A stretch of DNA of 64,000 nt, from contig CAVPCQ010000011.1 of the NCBI GenBank assembly GCA_963702425.1, positions 96,001 through 160,000 on the forward strand, read 5' to 3'. How positions within the stretch are numbered: position 1 is the first letter of the stretch; each line of letters starts with the position of its first letter. The position numbers and the translations under genes were made by a program. Positions 50,456 through 60,150 of this stretch are shown one piece after another. Source of the stretch: an uncultured Acidobacteriota bacterium (lineage in GTDB: Bacteria > Acidobacteriota > Polarisedimenticolia > J045). The notes under the pieces are model-generated. The model was not told the origin of the DNA. It saw only the letters and a program-made list of their open reading frames with translations, and did no database searches.

Positions 50456-52099
50456 ATGCGCGCGCTCGCGCTGCTGCTCGCGCTCGGCGCAGCCACCGGC
50501 TTCGCGGCCGCCGAGGAGCTCGCTCCACCCGCTCCGGAGTCGATCCCGGCCGCGGACAGCGTGCAGCTGCCGGCGAACCCGGTCGACGTCGCGGTGGGCG
50601 ACGTCGACGGCGACGGCCGCGCGGAGATCGTGCTGCTCCTGCTGTACCCGGCCTGGGGCTCGGCCGCGGAAGTTCGCGACACGAAGGAAGGCCAGGAGGT
50701 CGATGTCGTCGCCGCGCTGCAGGACCGGCGCGAGCTGCGAGCGTACGGGATCGAGGGGGGAACGCGGTTGCGGCTCGCGGCGCCGCCCCTGCCGCTCGAC
50801 GGGAGCATCTTCGCGATCGATGCGCTGCCGCGCGGCGGACCGGTCGTGGCGATGACCGCGACCGGGCCGGCGCGGGTCGTGGTCCAGCCCGCGGTCGCTG
50901 GATCGCCCGGTGAGACGCCGACCGCAACCGCGGCGCGACTGGCCCTCATCCCGGTGGCCGAGGTACAACCGGTCTTCGCCGGCGTTGAGCGCTTCTTTTC
51001 CTTCGCCCCGCTGCTCACCGATCTCGACGGGGACGGGCAGCCGGAATCGCTGGTGCCGACCGACCGCGGCCTCGTCGCCGTGCGCATCGCGAGCGGCGAG
51101 CGGATCGAGCTGGGGGCCCCGCTCGCCGAGTACGTGTCGGGGGCACAGGGCCGGATGCGCACGACCCTGCCCCGGGTCCTCGACGTCGACCGCGACGGGA
51201 CGGCCGACCTGCTGGACGTGGACGATCGGACGGAGCGGGTGGCCCTGCGCCGCGGACTCGGCGGCGGGCGGTTCGCGGACGCGACGAGCTGGAGCCTGGG
51301 CGGGCTGCTCGCTGAACGGCCGCTGAAGACCGGGAAATTGCGCTCGCCGTGGCTGCTCGACGTGCTGGACGTCGACGCCGACGGGACGCTGGAGGCGGCG
51401 ATCGCGGTGCGCGAGGGGGACGAGGACGACGAACCGAGCCTGCGTGCGCTGAAAGGAGGCCCGCACGCGGTGACCTTCCACGCGCTCGTACCCGGCCGGC
51501 CTGCCGCGAGTCAGCCGGAATCGACGCTGCGCGCGAGCTTCACCGCGCCGCTGTCGGTGCCGCGCGAGGACTCGTTCTCCCCCTTCGTCGACGTCGACGG
51601 CAACGGGTCGAAGGAGCTGCTCGTCTTCGACCTGTCCCTCGGGTACTTCGGGGTGGCCAGGGCCGTCGTCACCGGGGCCGCGAAGGTCGGCGTCGCGCCA
51701 CGCGGTTTCCGGCAAACGGCCGACGGCTGGACCGAGATCCGGGACCTCGCCCCGGCCTTCGACGTCCGGCTCAACCTGCGGCAGGGGGAGCTGCGCGGCT
51801 TCGCGCTCCTGCCGGGCGACGTCACCGGGGACCGGATCGACGACATGGTCGTGCTCGACGGGGACGAGGTCCTCGTCCACGCGGGACGCCGGAACGGGAC
51901 GATCGAGCCGCGCGCCCGGACGCGCAGCAGGCTGCCGCGCGCCCAGTCGGGCAGCACATTCCTGCCCCTCTTCGTCGACCTCGAAGGCGACGCGGTGCTG
52001 GAACTGATCGCGGTGGAGCAGCTCGAGGAGCGCGAAGGAGAGCCGGCCCGGCCGACCCAGCTCTCGCTCCACCGCTTCGCCGCGACGGGTGCGCCGTGA
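50456..52099 (+). CDS. Secreted FG-GAP/VCBS repeat protein
   Basis: Signal peptide; DVDGDG, DLDGDG, DVDRDG, DVDADG, DVDGNG and DVTGD motifs. Confidence 0.8.
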   Translation: MRALALLLALGAATGFAAAEELAPPAPESIPAADSVQLPANPVDVAVGDVDGDGRAEIVLLLLYPAWGSAAEVRDTKEGQEVDVVAALQDRRELRAYGIEGGTRLRLAAPPLPLDGSIFAIDALPRGGPVVAMTATGPARVVVQPAVAGSPGETPTATAARLALIPVAEVQPVFAGVERFFSFAPLLTDLDGDGQPESLVPTDRGLVAVRIASGERIELGAPLAEYVSGAQGRMRTTLPRVLDVDRDGTADLLDVDDRTERVALRRGLGGGRFADATSWSLGGLLAERPLKTGKLRSPWLLDVLDVDADGTLEAAIAVREGDEDDEPSLRALKGGPHAVTFHALVPGRPAASQPESTLRASFTAPLSVPREDSFSPFVDVDGNGSKELLVFDLSLGYFGVARAVVTGAAKVGVAPRGFRQTADGWTEIRDLAPAFDVRLNLRQGELRGFALLPGDVTGDRIDDMVVLDGDEVLVHAGRRNGTIEPRARTRSRLPRAQSGSTFLPLFVDLEGDAVLELIAVEQLEEREGEPARPTQLSLHRFAATGAP

Positions 52100-53571
52100 G
52101 GTCCGTCGCGGCCACGGCCTGGCGGCGCGCGGTGGGGACCGGCCGGGTCGCCGCCGGCGTGGCCGCATTCGCGGCGCTGGCGTTGGGCGAACCGGTGCTG
52201 GCCGCCCGGACGACGGCCCCGAAGGCACCGGCCCCGATCGTCCTCGAGCGGCCGTCGCCGTTGCAGGCGCTCGTGGCTGCACCCTCCGGCCCGGCGTGGG
52301 AGGGCTGCGCCTTCGTGCTGGAAGGTCCGCCCGAGCGCGGCGCCGAGCGGGCCCTGCTGGCGGTCTGCCGCGCTCCGTCGCCGGCCGACGCACCCGAGGT
52401 GCGACCGCTGGTGACCGGGCTCGCGGGCGCGGGAGCGCTTGCGGCGGACGCGCTGGGCGACGGCCGGGTCCGCGTGCTGGTCGGCGTGACCGGAGGGGTG
52501 CGCACCTTCCTGCTCGGCCCGCCCGGTGAACCGCCGGTCGAGGCGCGCGCCCTCCTCGACGGGAAACTGGATCCCTCGTCCCTCGCCGACCGTCCCGATC
52601 TCGACGGCGACGGCACGCGGGACCTGCTGCAGACGACCTGGGACGGCCTCGCTGCGTGGCGCTGGGCCGGCGACGGGTTCGAACCGCTGGCCGCGGCCGC
52701 GCTGCCCCGCCGCGCCAGGGCGGCCGGCGGCGAGGTGATGGTCTGGAGCCCGAGCGTGATTACCGGCGAGGAGGCTGCGTCCCCGCGCTGGACCTACCCC
52801 GCGAGCTGGACCGGCGACCGGCTGCGCGTCGAGCGGATCGCGATCGGCGCGCAGGGTGCGGGGCCGGCCTGCTCGGCGTGGATCGCGCCCGGCTCGCGCG
52901 TGCGGGCCGTGGAGGCGGCGGTCACCCGTGGCGACCGCCCGCGCCTGGTGGCGCTGGTCGAGCCGACCGAGCGGATCGCCCTGCTCGGTGAGCGCCGCCT
53001 CCTCGTCGCGCCGCTGGTCTGCCGCGCCAGCGGGCGCGGCGAGCCGCCCACGATGCTGCTCGACACCCCACTCGCGAACTACTTCGCGGGGGCGACGCTG
53101 CTGGTGCGCGACGAGACCGGCGACGGCGTCGACGACCTGGTCGCGATCGGGATCAGCGGGCGTCTCAAGCCCGATCTCGAGGCCCTGGTTTGGGCCGGGG
53201 ACGCAGCCGGCGGCTTCGCCCGCCAGCCGCTGCGCTGGTCGCGCAAGTCCGAGACGATGTCCGGGAGCTGGTTTTTCGCCTGGGATGTCGACGGCGACGG
53301 GCGGATGGACCTGGTCCGGCGCGAGGAGCAGCGCGTCTGGGTCGCGCGCGGCGTGGCCCCCGAGCGGGGCCGGGTGCCGCTCGAGCGGACGCCGTCGTTC
53401 ACGGCCGAACTGCCCGGGGAGTACGTCGTGTCCGGGCCCTGGGGGCGAGTGCTGCCGCGCGCGGCAGCCCCGGGCGACGCAGGTTGGCTGATCTTCGCCG
53501 CGCAGCGCGCCGGGAAGGACGGCGGCGCGCCGGGCCAGGCGCTGATCGTGGTGCCGGTGCCGGCCCGCTGA
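52096..53571 (+). CDS. Secreted FG-GAP/VCBS repeat protein
   Basis: Signal-like N-terminus; DLDGDGTRDL, DETGDGVDDL and DVDGDGRMDL. Confidence 0.7.
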   Translation: MRSVAATAWRRAVGTGRVAAGVAAFAALALGEPVLAARTTAPKAPAPIVLERPSPLQALVAAPSGPAWEGCAFVLEGPPERGAERALLAVCRAPSPADAPEVRPLVTGLAGAGALAADALGDGRVRVLVGVTGGVRTFLLGPPGEPPVEARALLDGKLDPSSLADRPDLDGDGTRDLLQTTWDGLAAWRWAGDGFEPLAAAALPRRARAAGGEVMVWSPSVITGEEAASPRWTYPASWTGDRLRVERIAIGAQGAGPACSAWIAPGSRVRAVEAAVTRGDRPRLVALVEPTERIALLGERRLLVAPLVCRASGRGEPPTMLLDTPLANYFAGATLLVRDETGDGVDDLVAIGISGRLKPDLEALVWAGDAAGGFARQPLRWSRKSETMSGSWFFAWDVDGDGRMDLVRREEQRVWVARGVAPERGRVPLERTPSFTAELPGEYVVSGPWGRVLPRAAAPGDAGWLIFAAQRAGKDGGAPGQALIVVPVPAR

Positions 53572-53725
53572 CCGCGCAGCACGAGCCGTCGGCCGGTCGT
53601 TCGTTCCCGGAGCCCGGCGTCGCCTCCGCCTCCTCCCCGGGATTAGCATGTAGTTTCCGGCTGACTTCGCCGGGGTCCGCGAAGGTCGGTGGAGTTGCCG
53701 GGGAGTGCGCCTCGAGGAGCCGACG

Positions 53726-54730
53726 ATGACCCCCGAAGAGGCCTACTTCCGCGACGAGCTGGTCGATCGGCGGCAGCGCGCCGAGCAGACCGCCCTGCGG
53801 ATCGGCAACCGCCCCGACCTGGCGGCGCTCCTGGTGCGGATCGACGAGGCCCTCGGGGAGATCGAGGGGGGGACGTTCGGGATCTGCCGGACCTGCCGCG
53901 ACCCGATCGAGGCCGAGCTGCTGCACGCCGATCCGCTGATCCGGTTCTGCATCGACCACCTCGACCGCGGCGCGCGGCAGCGACTGGAGGCCGATCTCGA
54001 CCTGGCCGCGCGGATCCAGCAACGGCTGCTGCCGTCCGAGGCGGCGGCGGGCTCGTGCTGGCGCACGGCGCGCGCCTACATCCCGGCCGGTCCCGTCGGC
54101 GGGGACATCTTCGACCTCGTCACCGGCGGAGGGCCCGGCGACGCCCGCGCGGCGGACGGTCTGACCTTCGTGCTCGGCGACGTCGCCGGGAAGGGGGTCG
54201 CGGCCGCGCTCCTGATGTCGAACGTTCAGGCCACCTTCCGCGCGCTGGCGCCGATCGAGCCCGACGTCGCGCGGCTCGCCGCGCGGATCAACCACCTCTT
54301 CTGCCGCAGCATCCTGGAGTCGCACTACGCGACGCTGGTCGTCGGGAGCGCCGCACCCGACGGCCGCGTCGAGCTCTGCAACGCCGGGCACCTGCCGACG
54401 CTGCTCGTTCGCCCGGACGGCGTCACCGAGCTGGGCGCCACCGGGCTGCCGACCGGGATGTTCTGCGACGGTGAGTACGAGGCGCACCGCCTGGTTCTCG
54501 CGCCGGGGGAGTCGCTGCTGCTGTACACCGACGGCGTAACCGAGGCGCGCGACGCCGCGGGCGAGGAGTACGGGCTGGCGCGGCTCGTCGCGCGGGTGGC
54601 GGCGCTGGCCGGCGGGCCGGCCGAGACGCTGGTCTCCGCCTGCCGCGACGACCTCGAACGCTTCCACGCCGGCGTGCCCCGCGGCGACGACGTCACGCTC
54701 TTCGCGCTCGAGCGCCTCCGGAACGCCTGA
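53726..54730 (+). CDS. DksA/TraR-type zinc finger fused to SpoIIE (PP2C) phosphatase
   Basis: IDEAL.EIEGGTFGICRTCRDPIE...FCIDH; VGGDIFD, GDVAGKG, NAGH, YTDGVTE and DDVT. Confidence 0.88.
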   Translation: MTPEEAYFRDELVDRRQRAEQTALRIGNRPDLAALLVRIDEALGEIEGGTFGICRTCRDPIEAELLHADPLIRFCIDHLDRGARQRLEADLDLAARIQQRLLPSEAAAGSCWRTARAYIPAGPVGGDIFDLVTGGGPGDARAADGLTFVLGDVAGKGVAAALLMSNVQATFRALAPIEPDVARLAARINHLFCRSILESHYATLVVGSAAPDGRVELCNAGHLPTLLVRPDGVTELGATGLPTGMFCDGEYEAHRLVLAPGESLLLYTDGVTEARDAAGEEYGLARLVARVAALAGGPAETLVSACRDDLERFHAGVPRGDDVTLFALERLRNA

Positions 54731-54747
54731 CGCCGCGGCCCGAAACA

Positions 54748-54775
54748 CGACGGGCCGCCGGAAGGCGGCCCGTCG
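54748..54775. terminator. Intrinsic terminator hairpin between converging genes
   Basis: Perfect 12-bp stem CGACGGGCCGCC-GGAA-GGCGGCCCGTCG; TGTTT follows on the - strand. Confidence 0.75.
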
Positions 54776-54796
54776 CTGTCGTTCGCGGTCCGTGGG

Positions 54797-57028
54797 CTAC
54801 TGGTCGGCGACCTCTTCCTTCCAGGCCCGGATCTCGATCGCCTTCTCGCGCGGCAGGTAGATGCCGAAGTCCTTCGCCCCTCCGAGCAGGCGCGGGTCGT
54901 GCGAGAACATCGTGATCGACGCCCCGACCGTCGCCTCGACCCGCGAAACGAACGCGCCGTAGGTCTCGATGATCCCGGAGGCGTCGGGGCGGAAGACCCC
55001 CGCGGTCGCGTGGTTGTTGTAGAGCACTCCGGCGATCTGCGGCACGCTCGGCGGGTTGGGCGAGAACTCGGACCAGGCGTGCGTCGTCACCGCGTCCAGC
55101 CAGAGCGGGCTTCCGCGCCAGATCCTGCCGTCGTTGTCGGTGTCGAGCGGCGCCGCGGTGTTGGGGTCGGCGGCGGAGGAGTTGAGCCGGTCGTTGATGT
55201 TCTCGGGCAGTGCGAAGCTCGACGAGCCGGCCGTGGGCAGTCCCTGCCCGTTGAGCGAGCCGCGTTGGATCCGGTCGTCGAACCGCGCGTCGCCGTCGAT
55301 GTCCTCGCCCGAGCCGGGGATGACGTCGCCGATCGCATAGCCGGCCGGGATCAGCCCGGACCCGCACTGGCCCTGGCCGTCGGCGGAATAGTACTTCACG
55401 TTCCAGACGTTGTTTCCCTCGTTGGTGTCGGCCGTGTTGGGCAGGTTGTCGACGCCGAGATCTTCCTTGGATTGGTTGTTGGCGTCCGCCAGCCAGCCAT
55501 CCACCAGGCCCCAGTTCGCGCCGTCGGGAAAGCGGCCGATGATGATGTTCTCGCGCGCGAACATCCCGACCAGGTCGGCGTCGCGTACGGAGTAGGTCCC
55601 GGCGGGAGCCGTGGCCGAGGTCAGGGCGCGCCAGGCCTGGATGTCCGCGGTCGCCATCGACGCGAACCCGGTCTTGGCGACGTTGCCGTAACCGGTCCCC
55701 GCGGGCGTACCCGAGTCCGGCAGGTGCGGCCGCGGCGGGTTGTCGTAGAGCAGGCCGTTCGGGAGGTAGACGTTCCCCGAGGTGTAGATGCTCCCCTGCC
55801 CCGAGATCCGGCCCATCAGGATGACGCTCCCGGTCATGGGTCGCAGGCCGGCCGCGTCCCACTCGTCGCTCGTGTTCCAGATCCCGTCGGCGCCGGGCGA
55901 TCCGATCACCACCGGCCCATCGACGATGATCGGACGCGTGCGGCCGTCGAGGATCATGAACGGCGACTCGTCGTCGTCCGTGTTGGCCGTTCCGTCGCGG
56001 CCGTAGCCGTCGTCCGCGGTGTTCCAGGTGGCGTCCGGGCCGACGTTGCAGCCGATGCAGCCGCGGTAGGTGCGGTAGCGGCCGAGCTTCTGGTCCCAGA
56101 CCTTCAGCGTCGAGCCGCCGGTGTCGTCCGGGGTCCCCCAGAGATCGTCCGCTCCGGCCGCTCCGCCGTTCCATTCGCGCGCCGCCTTGATGTAGACGGA
56201 GAGATCCGACAGGTTCGGCATCGGGACGATGTCCTGGTATTCCAGTCGGTTCGCGGCGACGCTGTAGTCACCCTTGAGGTTCTCCGGCCCGAGAATCCGC
56301 TTGCCGGCGATCACGCCGCCGTCGTGCAGCCGGTGGATCAGCTTGTTGCCGACGATCTTCTCGAAGTAGGGCGTACCGCGGCCCCAGATGCACGAGCCGT
56401 AGAGCCGCACGTCGCCATTCGCCCGCAGGTTGCCGTGGAAGTAGAGCTGCCCGCAGCCCCAGCCGCTCATCCAGCCGAAGTTGTTCATGAAGTAGGCGTT
56501 GTCGAACACCCGTGAGGGGATGAGCTTGAGCCGGATGACCGCCGACAGCGTCTTCTGCTTGCCCTCCAGGACGGCCGTCGAGCGGATGTTCATGTCGACG
56601 TACTCCAACTGGCGGGCTTCGTCGATCGTCGTGGGGTAGGTCAGGATGTTGACGGTGTAGCTGCCGCGGCCGTGCTGGATGTTCACGTAGTCGCGACCGG
56701 AGTCGTCGGCCGTCCCGGCAGTGCCGTCGGCGCCTCGCGACTTGCCGTGCGTCAGGTGCAGCATGACGTAGTTGTCGAAGATGTGGTCGAGGTTCGGGTT
56801 GCCGACCAGAGAGCAGGTGACGTCGCCGGTCATCCGCTCGAGGCCCGCCTCTGCGATATAGAGCAGCTCGTTGTTGTCCTTGTCCTGATCGGTCGTCCTG
56901 AGCGAGAGCATCGACGATCCGAGCATCGCCAGACCCATCAGGGTCAGCGCGGACACGACGAACATGACGACGAGCAGGGCGGCGCCGCGCTCGTCACGCT
57001 GCTTTCCGATGTTCATCGTCCACCTCAT
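54797..57028 (-). CDS. Large PilX-like minor pilin
   Basis: ERG|AALLVVMFVV hydrophobic N-terminus without Glu5, followed by the PilX_N pattern YIAEAGLE; ends ...WKE; last gene of the pilin operon. Confidence 0.8.
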   Translation of the reverse strand: MRWTMNIGKQRDERGAALLVVMFVVSALTLMGLAMLGSSMLSLRTTDQDKDNNELLYIAEAGLERMTGDVTCSLVGNPNLDHIFDNYVMLHLTHGKSRGADGTAGTADDSGRDYVNIQHGRGSYTVNILTYPTTIDEARQLEYVDMNIRSTAVLEGKQKTLSAVIRLKLIPSRVFDNAYFMNNFGWMSGWGCGQLYFHGNLRANGDVRLYGSCIWGRGTPYFEKIVGNKLIHRLHDGGVIAGKRILGPENLKGDYSVAANRLEYQDIVPMPNLSDLSVYIKAAREWNGGAAGADDLWGTPDDTGGSTLKVWDQKLGRYRTYRGCIGCNVGPDATWNTADDGYGRDGTANTDDDESPFMILDGRTRPIIVDGPVVIGSPGADGIWNTSDEWDAAGLRPMTGSVILMGRISGQGSIYTSGNVYLPNGLLYDNPPRPHLPDSGTPAGTGYGNVAKTGFASMATADIQAWRALTSATAPAGTYSVRDADLVGMFARENIIIGRFPDGANWGLVDGWLADANNQSKEDLGVDNLPNTADTNEGNNVWNVKYYSADGQGQCGSGLIPAGYAIGDVIPGSGEDIDGDARFDDRIQRGSLNGQGLPTAGSSSFALPENINDRLNSSAADPNTAAPLDTDNDGRIWRGSPLWLDAVTTHAWSEFSPNPPSVPQIAGVLYNNHATAGVFRPDASGIIETYGAFVSRVEATVGASITMFSHDPRLLGGAKDFGIYLPREKAIEIRAWKEEVADQ

Positions 57029-60000
57029 GGCATCGTCACTCCCAGCTCGAAGCTGTTGCAGGAGTCGACCAGGATCTGGTCCTCCCCGTCGTCCGGATTC
57101 TCGGTCGGGCCGGCCCGGTCGGTGAGCATTCCCGACTCGCCGTCCAGCGCGCTCGTCTGGGAGTAGCTGGCGGTGACGACATAGAAGTACGAGGCTCCGC
57201 TCGACGCGGTCTTCGTGCCGTCGTCTTCCCAGGCCAGTTCGGGCCGCAGAGCCAGGGCGCGCAGCGGCTCGCCGGAACTCTCTGCCATCACGCTGGTCCA
57301 GTTCCCCGCGTGATCGCGGTGGAAGACGAAGCCGCTCGAGTCCGACACCCAGGCCCTGCTGCCGTCGAGCATTGCCACCGCGAGCGGGCCGTTGGGAGCC
57401 GGCGCCTCGGTCGCCCAGCTCACTCCGTCGGTCGTCCGGTAGATCGCGTTGGCCGACGGCACGACAGCCATGGCGGGCCCGCCGGGAGCCACGGCGACGC
57501 CGCGGAAGCGCCCGGCGCCGGGGAAGTCGAGCGGGACCCAGTTCACGGCGCTGTCGGTCGAACGCCAGATCCGATCCTCGGCCCCGACCACGACCGTCCG
57601 GTCGCCCAGGCCCTCGCGGGCCATCGCGACGCCGTAGAGGTCGCTGCCGGCCGCGAACCCGAGGATCGTCCAGTTGATGCCGCCGTCCGGCGAGCGGGCC
57701 GCCGCTCCGTTGTGGCCGACGACGACCACGAAGTTGCCGTCGTTCGCGATCCCGGTGAGGTCGTCGGTGATGCTCACCGTGACCGAGCTGAAGGTCGCCC
57801 CGCCGTCGGTGGACTTGAGGACGGTTCCGTTGTTCCCGACGGCCATGACCGTCTGCTCGGACAGGAAGGCCACCGCGTTCAGGTTGTCGCTGCCGGCGAT
57901 GCTCGAGGCGTTCCAGGTCGCGCCCCCGGTCGTCGAGTAGTAGCCCTTGCCGGACTCGCCGACCACGACCGCGTTCAGGCGGTTGCCGAAGGCGATCCCG
58001 TTCGGCCGGAAGCCGCTCGCGTCCCCGACCTCGCGCCAGTTCGTGCCGCCGTCGAGACTCTGGACCACCTTGCCCGGCGAGTTGCCACCGGCGGCGTAGG
58101 CCAGGCCGGTCCAGCGGATCGTCGCCACGCGGTCGGATACCCGGTACCCGGCGCTGTGGTCCGAGAGCGACCGGAGCGTTCCGTCGCCGTCGAAGTCATG
58201 GGCGAGGTAGATGTTGTAGTCGATCAGGTGCGGATCGTACCCGGGGCCGTCGTTGCGCGGGTTCGGAGAAAAATAGATCTCCACCGGGTGGTCGTTCACC
58301 GCGTGCTGCGCGACCCGGGCGTGCTGCGCCACGGGGAAGACCGGGCCCTTGTACGGTCGTGCGCAGTAGCGCGGGCTGTAAGGCGAGAGCGCGTTCGCCG
58401 CATCGATCGCGCGCATCCAGTAGTAGTAGAGCGTGCCCCAGACCAGGCCGGACGACGAGTTGGTGGCGTTGTCCGTGAAGGTGTACGAGGCTGCAGCCGT
58501 GGCGTCGATCGGAACGTTGTTGACCGGCGGGACGCAACGGTAGTCCTGGCTCTCCGAGCGGTGGACGTAGTACTTCTTGACGATGCCGCCGAACCCGGTG
58601 GTGTTGGCCACCTCGTCGGCCGAACGGTCGAATACGACATCCAGCTGGGTCCCGTCGTCGCCCGGGATGTCGAGGATCTCGATCTGCTCCGGGTACTGGC
58701 CGCCGATCCTGGAGGGGTAGGCTCCGCCGGCCGGGTCCAGCACCGACAGCTGCGGTGTGCAGTCCATCGCGCGGAGCTTGTACCAGTACTGCCGCGGCGG
58801 CCACGTCCGCATGATGACCCAGTCGTCGACGACCTCCGTCTCGCCCTTGTTCGCCTCGCTGTAGGGTGTCGTCCCGAACACGCTGTCGACGTCGGTCCGG
58901 TAGAGAATGTACTTCTCGACGTCCATCTCACCGCCGCCGTCGTCCGACGACAGGGCCCACGTGACGCGGACCTTCCCGTCCGCCAAGGCGTCAGGGCACG
59001 CGTTCTCGACCGTGATCGACGATGTCGGATGGGGCTGATCGCCGCACGCACCGCCAGGCAGGTCGATGTTCCGCGGCTTGATCTGCGTCGACATCGTGAC
59101 CGTCCGGTACCGGAAGGGAGTCATCGCGGTCGATCGCGCCTTGTCGGCGTACTTCATGTCCGGGTAGGGTGTCTCGACCGTGACGTGGATGTCGATCTTC
59201 TTGATGATGTCGCCGATGCGGCGGTCCAGCAGCCCGTTCGCGTTGCGGTCCTCGCCCACGTCCATCACGGCGTTGTCATTCGCGTCCTCGTCGGTGATGG
59301 CGGTCAGGGCGGCCAATTCGCCCGTCTCGAGGACGCCGTTGTAGGCGACCCCGCCGCCGGCGCCGGTGTCGCCCCACAGCGTGAGGCCCTTCTGGTTGTA
59401 GAATTCGCCCCAGTACTGGAAGAGCGGCAGCGGCTTGGCCCCGCTCGGGTAGGCGCCCGGCCCGCGGACCAGGCCGACCGGTCCCGCGCCGGACACGTTG
59501 TCGGTGCCGTTGTCGCCGTAGACCTCGCGGCGCAGCATGTAGAGTCCCGTGTTGTCGACAACCGCCTCCTCGGCCTCGTCCTGCCTGTCGGCCGTATCCA
59601 GCGTGCCGTCGCCGTTGGAGTCGAGGGTGTAGCGCACCGTCTCGGCCCCGGTATGGAAGGTCACGGGGGCGTAGCCGGTCGGAAGCGCGTCGCCGCCGTT
59701 CCCGTCGATGATCGCTTCGACCTCGGGGTTCACGTCCGCGTTGACGACCAACTCGTAGGGCGCGGCGTACACGACCGCCGACTGGCCGACGAGGTCGTCG
59801 CCCGTGTCGGCCGTTCCGTCGGGGCCGACGTCGGCGATCGTCTGCTTGTCGATCAGGAACCCCGTCATCAGCAGGTCGTGCTCGAGGGTCTCGACGGTGT
59901 GGCGGGCCTCGCGGGTGACCTCCAGCACCGCGTCGTCTCGATGGTAGACGCGGTTGTCGATCGCCAGCATCGACAGCGCGGCGAGAAACACCATCGAAGT

Positions 60001-60150
60001 GATGGCGATCGCGACGAGGGCCTCGGCGAGCGAGAACCCCCGCTCCGTCTCGGCGGGCTGTGCCGTCCTCGCACTCGGGCGAAGGCGGTCAGAACGACGG
60101 AATGTAGAACGCCTTTTCCGTGGAGAGCGTGACGTGATGTAGTTGTCCAT
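57025..60150 (-). CDS. Giant PilW-like minor pilin with Fn3-like domains and a YCF48/BNR beta-propeller; true start may be ~60074
   Basis: RG|FSLAE prepilin site; VTW..S.DD...Y.LYR / YWYKLRA Fn3 patterns; repeated S.DGG..W Asp-boxes. Confidence 0.8.
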   Translation of the reverse strand: MDNYITSRSPRKRRSTFRRSDRLRPSARTAQPAETERGFSLAEALVAIAITSMVFLAALSMLAIDNRVYHRDDAVLEVTREARHTVETLEHDLLMTGFLIDKQTIADVGPDGTADTGDDLVGQSAVVYAAPYELVVNADVNPEVEAIIDGNGGDALPTGYAPVTFHTGAETVRYTLDSNGDGTLDTADRQDEAEEAVVDNTGLYMLRREVYGDNGTDNVSGAGPVGLVRGPGAYPSGAKPLPLFQYWGEFYNQKGLTLWGDTGAGGGVAYNGVLETGELAALTAITDEDANDNAVMDVGEDRNANGLLDRRIGDIIKKIDIHVTVETPYPDMKYADKARSTAMTPFRYRTVTMSTQIKPRNIDLPGGACGDQPHPTSSITVENACPDALADGKVRVTWALSSDDGGGEMDVEKYILYRTDVDSVFGTTPYSEANKGETEVVDDWVIMRTWPPRQYWYKLRAMDCTPQLSVLDPAGGAYPSRIGGQYPEQIEILDIPGDDGTQLDVVFDRSADEVANTTGFGGIVKKYYVHRSESQDYRCVPPVNNVPIDATAAASYTFTDNATNSSSGLVWGTLYYYWMRAIDAANALSPYSPRYCARPYKGPVFPVAQHARVAQHAVNDHPVEIYFSPNPRNDGPGYDPHLIDYNIYLAHDFDGDGTLRSLSDHSAGYRVSDRVATIRWTGLAYAAGGNSPGKVVQSLDGGTNWREVGDASGFRPNGIAFGNRLNAVVVGESGKGYYSTTGGATWNASSIAGSDNLNAVAFLSEQTVMAVGNNGTVLKSTDGGATFSSVTVSITDDLTGIANDGNFVVVVGHNGAAARSPDGGINWTILGFAAGSDLYGVAMAREGLGDRTVVVGAEDRIWRSTDSAVNWVPLDFPGAGRFRGVAVAPGGPAMAVVPSANAIYRTTDGVSWATEAPAPNGPLAVAMLDGSRAWVSDSSGFVFHRDHAGNWTSVMAESSGEPLRALALRPELAWEDDGTKTASSGASYFYVVTASYSQTSALDGESGMLTDRAGPTENPDDGEDQILVDSCNSFELGVTMP

